A stretch of 64,000 nucleotides of DNA from Bacteroidales bacterium (GTDB lineage: Bacteria > Bacteroidota > Bacteroidia > Bacteroidales > GCA-2748055): contig JAOZUK010000007.1 in NCBI GenBank assembly GCA_029938715.1, positions 2,927 through 66,926 on the forward strand, read 5' to 3'. Positions 19,254-27,383 of this stretch are shown here, one piece after another. The notes under the pieces are model-generated. The model was given only the letters and a program-made list of their open reading frames with translations, did no database searches and was not told the DNA's origin. The first letter of the stretch is position 1. Every line of letters starts with the position of its first letter. Both the position numbers and the translations under genes were made by a program.

Positions 19254-19843
19254 GATTCTCAGGATTCATACTGGCCATTGATTCCTACCTGGTGCGAAAA
19301 GGCACAGTCTCACTTCTGAGTCGCATTCCGGACATAAGAATCATCAGGGAGTTTTCTGCTGCTGATTCATTTCGACAATATGCCACACGTCAGGACATCG
19401 ATTTTCTGGTAATCAGTCAATCCATCTTTGATCAATCATCCGCAGTTTTTGTCTCACACCCCGGTTTGCTAGAAAGAACAATTCTGCTTAAAGAAGATTC
19501 CGTCTCTCACCTGGAGATTCACAACTCCATCCACCTGTGGGAGGAAAAGGAGGTGATCACAGCTAAAATTAAACGATTGATTGAGCTTCATTCTTCATCA
19601 CTCTCCACCTCCGGTTCATCAGAACTTACCCAACGTGAGAAAACCATAGTGAGGCTTGTTTCCATGGGGCTTACCAACAGGCAAATTGCCGAAGAGCTCT
19701 TTTTATCCACTCATACAGTTACTACCCACCGAAAAAATATCAGCAGTAAACTGGGAATTAAATCTGTTTCAGGAATAACTGTATATGCTATTGTTAATAA
19801 CATCATTACCATTGAAGAAGTAACCTCGAAACCTTCGGAGTAA
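19250..19843 (+). CDS. LuxR-family transcriptional regulator with degenerate (pseudo-)receiver domain
   Basis: C-terminal LuxR HTH (LTQREKTIVRLVSMGLTNRQIAEELFLSTHTVTTHRKNISSKLG). N-terminal REC-like fold has VIS where the phospho-Asp is expected. ATGA overlap with the upstream gene. Confidence 0.7.
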   Translation: MRFSGFILAIDSYLVRKGTVSLLSRIPDIRIIREFSAADSFRQYATRQDIDFLVISQSIFDQSSAVFVSHPGLLERTILLKEDSVSHLEIHNSIHLWEEKEVITAKIKRLIELHSSSLSTSGSSELTQREKTIVRLVSMGLTNRQIAEELFLSTHTVTTHRKNISSKLGIKSVSGITVYAIVNNIITIEEVTSKPSE

Positions 19844-19847
19844 TGTG

Positions 19848-19855
19848 TATATTTG
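19848..19855 (+). promoter_or_regulatory. -7 box (TATATTTG) upstream of the coiled-coil/GT4 gene pair
   Basis: Exact TAnnTTTG match, 22 nt before ATG 19878. Confidence 0.45.
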
Positions 19856-19877
19856 TGAAAATTTAATATGATTTGTC

Positions 19878-20765
19878 ATGGTTGATAAAAAACCCAATGT
19901 TGGAGTTTTGTATGGAGTGGTCGGATTGCTGGTAGTGGTACTGGCGGTAGCCATCTATCTATTGCTTGATACCCGAAAGAACCTGAACCTGGTTTCAGAG
20001 GATCTGGCAGAAAAGACAGAGTATTTTCGAGTGGAACGTGATTCCCTGGAAGGTGAATTAAGAACCATCTATGTTCAATACGATTCACTTGAAACCGATA
20101 ACCTGGATCTTCAGGTTCAGATGTCGGAGCAACAACAGAAAATCGACAGACTCATTGCCATCCAGGCCGATGATGCTTATAAGATCAAAATGTATAAGCG
20201 TGAAATGGAGACCCTGCGTACGGTGTTAAGGAGCTATATCGTTCAGATCGATTCCCTTAATATGCAGAACCAGGAGCTGATGGCTGAGAACAAGCAGCTT
20301 CGAAACACCGAGCGCCGTTTAGCCACGGAGAAAGCTCAGCTGGAAGAGGAAAAGACCCAGCTGGAAGAGATCAAAGACCTGGCCACCACGCTTCAGGCTT
20401 CGCAGATCAACCTGGTATTGCTCAACAAGCGGGATAAGGAATCTTCAAAGATCAGAACTGCCGTGAAGGTCAGGGTCGATTTTGTACTGAGGGCCAACAA
20501 GGTGACCACACCGGGCGAAAAGCCCATATACCTTAGAATTCTCAGACCCGACCGGGTGTTGCTGGGTTCACCCGATCTACAGATGTTCGAGTTTGAGGAT
20601 GAACAACTTCCCGCTTCGGCTTCCCGGATAGTGAACTATGAGAATGAAGATTTGCCTATATCCATATTCTGGACCAACGATGGGGAAATTGTTCCCGGAG
20701 AACACTCCGTTGAGCTCTATGCAGAAGGAAAAATCATAGGCTCCTCCTCCTTTGTGCTGAAATAA
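19878..20765 (+). CDS. Membrane-anchored coiled-coil protein (function unknown)
   Basis: One N-terminal TM helix (VLYGVVGLLVVVLAVAIYLLL), a heptad-rich region of about 150 aa, and a beta-rich C-terminal domain of about 110 aa. Confidence 0.5.
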   Translation: MVDKKPNVGVLYGVVGLLVVVLAVAIYLLLDTRKNLNLVSEDLAEKTEYFRVERDSLEGELRTIYVQYDSLETDNLDLQVQMSEQQQKIDRLIAIQADDAYKIKMYKREMETLRTVLRSYIVQIDSLNMQNQELMAENKQLRNTERRLATEKAQLEEEKTQLEEIKDLATTLQASQINLVLLNKRDKESSKIRTAVKVRVDFVLRANKVTTPGEKPIYLRILRPDRVLLGSPDLQMFEFEDEQLPASASRIVNYENEDLPISIFWTNDGEIVPGEHSVELYAEGKIIGSSSFVLK

Positions 20766-20779
20766 ACCTTTACCCTTTT

Positions 20780-22072
20780 ATGAACATCGGTATTATTATC
20801 GGGCGAATCGGTGGGGTTGATGGAGTCGCATTGGAAACCGAAAAGTGGATTGAGGTACTTCAATCCATGGGTCATAAAGTGTATACGCTTTCCGGACAGT
20901 TCCAGGAACGCCCCATGGACCCCGAAACAGAGACCTTGGTTTCTGAGATGTCCTTCTTCTCCCCTGAAAGTTTCTGGAGCCAGAAAAAGGCCTTTTTCTA
21001 CCCCGAGACCGATCCCCGCGAACTGGTCGAACACCTGAACCTCTACTCAAAAGTCATCTATAAAAAGATCCTGAACTGGATCTCTGTGAGAAAGATCGAT
21101 CTGCTTATTTCGGAGAATGCGTCTGCCCTGCCCTCCCACCTGGAAATGGGTATGGCCATTAATAAGGCAGTTCAAAAAACGGGTATCCCGACCATTACCC
21201 ACGATCACGATTTTGCCTGGGAACGGGGCGACAGGTATATCTCTCCCCATAAAGAGATTAATGATTTTGTGGCTGAAGTATTTCCTCTGCGTGCCTCTAA
21301 TTCGGTGCATGCTGTAATCAATACACATGCCAGCCATATGCTGATGGATCGCTTTAATCGAACCTCAGTGAATGTACCCAATGTGATGGATTTTAATCAG
21401 GCTTTTGGAGTTCATAACCAGAAAAACGAAAACCTGGCCAAGCACCTGGGATTTAAGAAAAATGATCTGCTGCTTTTTCAGATAACCCGCATTGTCCGCA
21501 GAAAAGGGATCGAAGCAGCCATTCAGCTTATTCACGAACTTAACGACAAAAAAGTCAAACTGGTCATCACCGGTAACTATGCAGATGATGCAGGCAGTGT
21601 ATACTACAACGAACTGGTGAATCAGATCCATGAATTACATCTGGGCCATCAGGTCACTTTTGCCCATCATCTGTTTCATAACAAAGGTCTTTCCAATGGG
21701 AATGGGGAAGTACGCTTCTCCCTTTCAGACGCTTATGCCCGTGCCACAGCATGTACTTACTTTAGCACCTATGAAGGATTTGGAAATGCATTTGTGGAAG
21801 CGGTCCTGGCCAGGCGGCCCATCTTTGTGAACAACTATGAGCCAGTTTATATGCCCGATATTGGCAGCAAAGGCTTCAAAACAGTGATGCTCGAAAATTG
21901 CCAGCTCACTCCCGGAGCAGTGAAAGATATGGCAGAGGTTATCTACAATCCTGCTCTGGCCAAAGAGATCGCAGACTACAACTTTGAACTGGGTAAAAAA
22001 TACTTCAGCCTGGATACCCTTCGGGAAAAACTGGAGGAGCTAATCGGGCTGGCATTAGAACAACTCCCTTAA
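20780..22072 (+). CDS. GT4-like (GT-B fold) glycosyltransferase, paralogue of the N-terminal module of the 1385-aa protein
   Basis: IGGVDGVALETEKWIEVLQSMGHKV N-terminal motif and the STYEGFGNAFVEAVLARRPIF E-x7-E motif. Starts 14 nt after the coiled-coil gene. Confidence 0.7.
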   Translation: MNIGIIIGRIGGVDGVALETEKWIEVLQSMGHKVYTLSGQFQERPMDPETETLVSEMSFFSPESFWSQKKAFFYPETDPRELVEHLNLYSKVIYKKILNWISVRKIDLLISENASALPSHLEMGMAINKAVQKTGIPTITHDHDFAWERGDRYISPHKEINDFVAEVFPLRASNSVHAVINTHASHMLMDRFNRTSVNVPNVMDFNQAFGVHNQKNENLAKHLGFKKNDLLLFQITRIVRRKGIEAAIQLIHELNDKKVKLVITGNYADDAGSVYYNELVNQIHELHLGHQVTFAHHLFHNKGLSNGNGEVRFSLSDAYARATACTYFSTYEGFGNAFVEAVLARRPIFVNNYEPVYMPDIGSKGFKTVMLENCQLTPGAVKDMAEVIYNPALAKEIADYNFELGKKYFSLDTLREKLEELIGLALEQLP

Positions 22073-23176
22073 AATATGATCGGTAAGTAGCCACCGATCG
22101 GGATGGATGGCTACTTTACCATCGATGGTCCAGAGTGTACCCTCCTCCAGAAAGGGTTTAGATTCCATATCAAAATGTCTAAATATTTCGTCACCAAATT
22201 GCTGGCTAATAAATTCGGGGTCGGCTCCCCACCTGGTTCTCAGTGAGGTTATCAGGTAATCGTGGTACCTCTCCTGGTGGGACAGGATCTCTGTTTCGTT
22301 GAAGCCGGCTCCTGCTGAAATCCCCTCCATATATTTTTTTAATGAGGATACATTCCAACTTCGGTCTGTTCCATCATAGGAGTGGGCCGACGGACCAAAT
22401 CCTGTATAGGATTTGCCAGACCAGTAGAGTAAGTTGTGCGCTGACATATTGCCCTGAAGGGCAAAGTTTGAGATCTCGTAGTGATCAAATCCCCTATCCG
22501 GCAAGCGCTCCCTTAACAACCTAAACTGACTGACGCTCTCTTCCTCGTGCACGGGTAACAATCTTCCCTTTTTCCTCCAATGATCAAATACAGTCCCTGG
22601 TTCAAAAGTAAGGTGATAGGCCGAAATGTGCGAAACCGGAAGAGCCAGAGCTTTCTCTATATTATCCTCCCATTCCCTAAGGGACTGACCCGGGATCCCA
22701 TAGATCAGGTCCATGGTAATATTTTCAAATCCACCAGCAGCAGCATCCCTGACGCTTTGCTCAGCCTGAATGGATGTATGTGACCGCCTCATAAGCTCCA
22801 GGTCCTTTTCATGAAAAGACTGAATCCCTATACTGATCCGATTAAAACCCTTGTTTCTTAACTGTTTCAGGTAAACCGGGGAAAGGTCATCGGGGTTGCA
22901 CTCTATGGTCCATTCGGCTCCTTCCCGAAATGTATAATGTTTGTGAACCGCTTCTACAATTTTTTCCAGATGTTGATCCGATAACACAGAAGGAGTTCCT
23001 CCTCCCAGGTAGAGGGTCTCAACTTCTGTTCTGCGCCTCTGCCCTGCTATTAATTCAATTTCCCTTATCAGATTTTCCACATAATCATCCACATAACGCA
23101 GGCTCACCGAAAAGAAAAAATCGCAGTACCGGCAGGCTTGTCTGCAAAATGGAATATGTAGATAGATCCCCTGCAT
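22055..23176 (-). CDS. hemW: Radical SAM heme chaperone HemW (HemN-like)
   Basis: HIPFCRQACRYCDF (CxxxCxxC) and GGGTPS motifs; 373 aa. Confidence 0.85.
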   Translation of the reverse strand: MQGIYLHIPFCRQACRYCDFFFSVSLRYVDDYVENLIREIELIAGQRRRTEVETLYLGGGTPSVLSDQHLEKIVEAVHKHYTFREGAEWTIECNPDDLSPVYLKQLRNKGFNRISIGIQSFHEKDLELMRRSHTSIQAEQSVRDAAAGGFENITMDLIYGIPGQSLREWEDNIEKALALPVSHISAYHLTFEPGTVFDHWRKKGRLLPVHEEESVSQFRLLRERLPDRGFDHYEISNFALQGNMSAHNLLYWSGKSYTGFGPSAHSYDGTDRSWNVSSLKKYMEGISAGAGFNETEILSHQERYHDYLITSLRTRWGADPEFISQQFGDEIFRHFDMESKPFLEEGTLWTIDGKVAIHPDRWLLTDHILRELF

Positions 23177-23179
23177 GGA

Positions 23180-26100
23180 TCATTCATCTATGTACCCAAT
23201 AATGGCATTGGAGACAGCCCTGGGCTCAGGAGGCAGGGAGAAGACATTGGATTCATAGTCGCAGTTATAGGGAGAGATGTTCAAGGTTTTGTGGTCCACC
23301 ACTAGGGTACTGCTGCCTCCCGGGTCAAATCCCATGGCCTTTTCAATACCCAGATTCAACAGGATCTCGGCCATATCTTCATGTGTTGATCCCACCGATT
23401 CCCTGATCCTCCCATTGATGGTAAGTACCACCAGTTGTCCCTCCTTGTTGATGCCTGCTGCGATTTTGGGACCGCGCATTTCTGTATAGTCAAGCCTGGC
23501 CGCCTGGGTGCGAATGGAATTAGAAGTTTTCCATCCCTCTATTTCCATATCTATAGTTACTTTTCCATGGTCAATCAGTAGAGGTCCAGCTTCAACTCCG
23601 TGAACCACCTCTTCAAATCCCGGAAGGATAAGTTCCAGCTGTTCTCCCACTTTTAAGTTTTCGGGAACCTCTTCGGGTGCAAATGCCAGTGTAAGTCCCA
23701 CCGGAATAATAGTAATTTTTTCTCCCTCTTTTGTCGCCAGGACCTCCTTTACGTAATTCCCGGCCAGTCTCACCACGGTTCTTCCATCTCCTTCGATCCG
23801 GGGATCGGTATGGAGCAAATCATAATAGGCGGTACCCCCATAAGGGCTTGTGGCATTGTACATCTGTGGACCGAAAAGGATCTTTTTTCCTCTTCGTTTG
23901 ATGATCAATCCATCCTTGCAATGCACCCTTCTGATATCGATGGATCCATCCCGTTTCACAAGCAGCGCAGGTTTGTTGAAAAGCGGAGCAGAAATCATCT
24001 CTCCTCCCGAAATAATCAGACCCAGGGGAGATCCAATGTAGGTTTCGGGAAGTCCCAGTTTACCGACGAGCTCTGGATTCAGAATATACCCGCCGTTCCA
24101 GGCAATTCTTGCCTCTTTTCCTGTTCTTCTTTGAAAACTACTTGCAAAACGGATCACGGTTTTAGGTGCATCTGCGCTGGAAACCACAGCAAAATCCCAT
24201 CTCCTGTCTCTGAAATTAATCCTGGCATGCACCCCATTGTAGGGCATGCCGTCTTTATAGGTTCCGCTGATATATTCATAAGCCACCGGATTTCTCTCTT
24301 GATCGGGTCTATCCATGGATTGAAGAACATGCATGACCGGGCTTCCCTTGGTGGCTGCATCCTCTCTTATGGTTTCCATCACTTTCTCTTCACCATATTG
24401 TTTCACCAACGAGCGGTAGAGCCTGCTTTTCAGGGCCCGCTCGAAATCCTTGGAGGTCTGTACCGGAGTGGGATAGGAAAGGGTGGTCCGTACCCCTGCC
24501 GGGACATACTGAATGTACCCGCTGTTCACAGGAATACCCATGATATTGGAGGTAAGCAAGCTAATTACTTTCCCGATATGAAACCGGTCCATATTTACCA
24601 TATCGGTCATCATGGCCGCATTGCTCCGGTTGGTAAGTATATATCCTTTCTGATCTTTAATCTTTCGTAATACCCTCAGAGCATTGGGCCCCAGCTGCGG
24701 AAAATGGATACCCACACACACCTGTTTGGTGCGAATGATCTGAATGACCTTAAATTCATAAAGCAGTTTCAATTCCTCCGATACTCCATTGATAATATAA
24801 TCGGTGACCTCATCCTTGTTCAGCTGTTTACCCAGGTTCTTCTCTTGCGCAAAAATATAGACCGGTTGAAGATTACCCGCATCCTTTTCCAAAAGCTCCC
24901 TGGTAATGCTCTCTTCCAGCGGCAAATTTAACCTTGTTCGTATGGACTGCAGAGCAAAAAATTCCAACTCATACATGATATAGGCTCCGGGAAAATAGGC
25001 GATGGGCAGGTTGGTCCGGAGTTGCTCTATAAGTCTTTTGCGATTGTCGATGGCCAGATAAGAACTTCCTGTAAGTTGCAAAAGGGCCAGATTCCAATCA
25101 GTAAAAAACTGGGGGCTCAGATCTACCTTATTCATGGGGGTGGGTTGTACCGTTCTGATATAGATCAGATTAATTAATCCGGTAAGCTCCTGAAAGGTAT
25201 AATCCTGGTAGGGGTACCGCCTTCTGTTCCGGTGCCTGTACGACATGGAGTGGTCGTGCTGCACCCGGTGTTCTCCCTGGTCGGTTTCAAAGAGGGTTTC
25301 AACTGCATTATAGAAGCTATTGATTATTTTTTTGGGTAAAAATTCTGCGTCGGGATCATTCTTTATAATAACTCCCGCAAAATGAAAGGCCATCCCCCTG
25401 ATCATTTGTTGCTCCACCCTGAAGTAGCTTGGATCGATCAGTGACTTCAGCATGCCCATATACTCAAGCCTACCAGAACCTGGCAAATAGTGTCTGTTTT
25501 TGGTATCCAGTAGTGCTCTCAGGTCGTCGTTGGTAAAATTGATCATCTCACTGTAATCATCTACGCACTCTTCAATAATCCGAAGGTTTTTTTCATTTCC
25601 CCTAAGCTGATAGTATAGTCCGAGGAGAATCTCGTGAATGTTTTCATTCAATGAATCAAGACTGTAGCGCTTGTTTACCACCCTCTTGTTGTGCCTGAAT
25701 TCGCTGGCATAATGGTGAGGGAAAAAGACCCTGTCAATAATATCTTTTACAATGGTGCTGGTGATTCGCTTCCCTCTAAACTCCAGTACTTTTAACCGGT
25801 CCCGCTCTCCCAGATTTTCCCCTATCACTTCCGAATATACGGTTTCGGGTTCATACCTGCGACAAAAGATGGGTGTGCCACAGGCGGTTGCTTCAATAAT
25901 GGGCAGACCCCTGCCTTCGGTTTTGCTGGGTAGCAACACCAGGGATGCGATGTTATAGAGTTCAGCAATCCCAACAGGTTGTTCATAACGGGACTTGAAG
26001 GTGTCGCGATCCAGTTCTCCAAACAACAAAGCCAGATAAACCCTGTTCTGAAGTCCGGGGGCTGCCTCATTCAGTAATTCACCAAACCTTTCAACCAGCT

Positions 26101-27337
26101 TTTTATAGTATCCGTAATGGCCACTGGCAATGGGTCCGGTAATCAGAAGTGTCATCTTCAGGCGCGAAGTTTTCCTGAACCTGAGCAACATCTCTTCTTC
26201 CTCAAACATTTTTAACAGCAGATTGAAGGAGGTCTCTATTCTCTTCCTGGATATGATCCGGGTGGGTTGCAGCAGGATGATATTCTCTCCTATAAAGTGC
26301 TCTACCCCACTGGTTTTAGCCCCAATCAAAATGGGTTTAGGATTGTGTTCAGCCACCAATCCCCCCTCCAGTACATCCCCCGCCGAATAGCTAACCAGCT
26401 GGTCGGCATACCTGGATAGTATCTTTTCGACCTGGATAAACGTATTGATATTTTTTCGCTTATCGCTCTTGGTATAGAGTGTAGTATCCACCGCCGTACC
26501 TATCTCCATGACGTTGGCCGGATTGTGACCATTGACTTTCACCAGGTGCTTGGTCTGTCCGCTATTGATATTCACATTCATCCAGGAGCGCGATTGCCAG
26601 GGGAACAGAACTTCAATCAGCGAGAAGACTTCGCCCAGGTGACAGTTGGTAAAGAAGAAATCCCGTGGTCCGGCTTTGGTGCCAGACTTTTCCCGCTCAT
26701 ATCTGCACATTCCCTCTTCCCATAAGAAATCATGGTTGTTGTTAATCACCGGGATCTTCATAAATTCTGAAATCAACACGGTGGCCAGGGCCAGGGCCAC
26801 ATTTCCCGGATTCGAACATACATTGAGTATATAGAGCAAATTAATCCCCTTCTCTTCAATATAGCCACCCAGTTTCTCAACGATAATAAGTGTTTGGGAC
26901 CATAGCTTCCTGATCAACTCATTGTAGGGAGGGCTGCCCCTTTCAAGCCTGGTAAAATAGAAGTCACGGTATAGCTCCCACTCATCAAAACCCGCCATTT
27001 CAGATATCACATGCTTTTCATACTCTTCATTTATGATGGATGCTGTCTTCGAATGTATGGTTCCTGCTATATAGTGAATGGGCGCTCCCGGAATGTTGCG
27101 CTGCATCAATGAAGCATATTTATTCACCTCCACCGTAACCCCGTCCACCATATAATGGAAGGTGAGAAAACCAATGCCACCTTTTCTTACATGTTCTTTG
27201 AATTCATCGTAGGATCCGTTAAATCGTACGGACGGGTATTCTTTTTCCTCCCTGAACCTGTCTATAAATAACCCCAGGTCAAACCAGGTCTGGATATTCT
27301 TTTCCTGAAGGAAAGCTAGCAGTTCATCCAACTTCAT
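23180..27337 (-). CDS. 1385-aa multidomain protein: GT4-like glycosyltransferase (aa ~52-580) + unassigned region (aa ~581-1076) + NAGPA/DUF2233-like phosphodiester glycosidase domain (aa ~1077-1385)
   Basis: One uninterrupted ORF with an ATG start and no signal peptide. GT4 motif LLPSKTEGRGLPIIEATACGTPIF. C-terminal segments WNGGYILNPE...SPLGLIISGGEMIS, AGPLLIDHGKV and AAGINKEGQLVVLTINGR...AMGFDPGGSSTLVV match the NAGPA family pattern as I remember it. Confidence 0.7.
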   Translation of the reverse strand: MKLDELLAFLQEKNIQTWFDLGLFIDRFREEKEYPSVRFNGSYDEFKEHVRKGGIGFLTFHYMVDGVTVEVNKYASLMQRNIPGAPIHYIAGTIHSKTASIINEEYEKHVISEMAGFDEWELYRDFYFTRLERGSPPYNELIRKLWSQTLIIVEKLGGYIEEKGINLLYILNVCSNPGNVALALATVLISEFMKIPVINNNHDFLWEEGMCRYEREKSGTKAGPRDFFFTNCHLGEVFSLIEVLFPWQSRSWMNVNINSGQTKHLVKVNGHNPANVMEIGTAVDTTLYTKSDKRKNINTFIQVEKILSRYADQLVSYSAGDVLEGGLVAEHNPKPILIGAKTSGVEHFIGENIILLQPTRIISRKRIETSFNLLLKMFEEEEMLLRFRKTSRLKMTLLITGPIASGHYGYYKKLVERFGELLNEAAPGLQNRVYLALLFGELDRDTFKSRYEQPVGIAELYNIASLVLLPSKTEGRGLPIIEATACGTPIFCRRYEPETVYSEVIGENLGERDRLKVLEFRGKRITSTIVKDIIDRVFFPHHYASEFRHNKRVVNKRYSLDSLNENIHEILLGLYYQLRGNEKNLRIIEECVDDYSEMINFTNDDLRALLDTKNRHYLPGSGRLEYMGMLKSLIDPSYFRVEQQMIRGMAFHFAGVIIKNDPDAEFLPKKIINSFYNAVETLFETDQGEHRVQHDHSMSYRHRNRRRYPYQDYTFQELTGLINLIYIRTVQPTPMNKVDLSPQFFTDWNLALLQLTGSSYLAIDNRKRLIEQLRTNLPIAYFPGAYIMYELEFFALQSIRTRLNLPLEESITRELLEKDAGNLQPVYIFAQEKNLGKQLNKDEVTDYIINGVSEELKLLYEFKVIQIIRTKQVCVGIHFPQLGPNALRVLRKIKDQKGYILTNRSNAAMMTDMVNMDRFHIGKVISLLTSNIMGIPVNSGYIQYVPAGVRTTLSYPTPVQTSKDFERALKSRLYRSLVKQYGEEKVMETIREDAATKGSPVMHVLQSMDRPDQERNPVAYEYISGTYKDGMPYNGVHARINFRDRRWDFAVVSSADAPKTVIRFASSFQRRTGKEARIAWNGGYILNPELVGKLGLPETYIGSPLGLIISGGEMISAPLFNKPALLVKRDGSIDIRRVHCKDGLIIKRRGKKILFGPQMYNATSPYGGTAYYDLLHTDPRIEGDGRTVVRLAGNYVKEVLATKEGEKITIIPVGLTLAFAPEEVPENLKVGEQLELILPGFEEVVHGVEAGPLLIDHGKVTIDMEIEGWKTSNSIRTQAARLDYTEMRGPKIAAGINKEGQLVVLTINGRIRESVGSTHEDMAEILLNLGIEKAMGFDPGGSSTLVVDHKTLNISPYNCDYESNVFSLPPEPRAVSNAIIGYIDE

Positions 27338-27383
27338 TTCAAAATTATTATCATATTTGTGTTGGTTTTTATGCTTTTTAAAG

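Noticed and set aside
23810-24670. 286-aa plus-strand ORF inside the giant minus-strand gene
   Set aside because: It is entirely antisense to a 1385-aa ORF that has clear family motifs. Its product is low-complexity with no recognisable motif. It is a typical shadow ORF.
27340-27347. TAATTTTG box (minus strand) only 2 nt upstream of the giant gene ATG
   Set aside because: It is too close to the start codon to act as a normal -7 element with a leader. It could indicate a leaderless mRNA, but a chance match in AT-rich DNA is equally likely, so I did not call it as a promoter.
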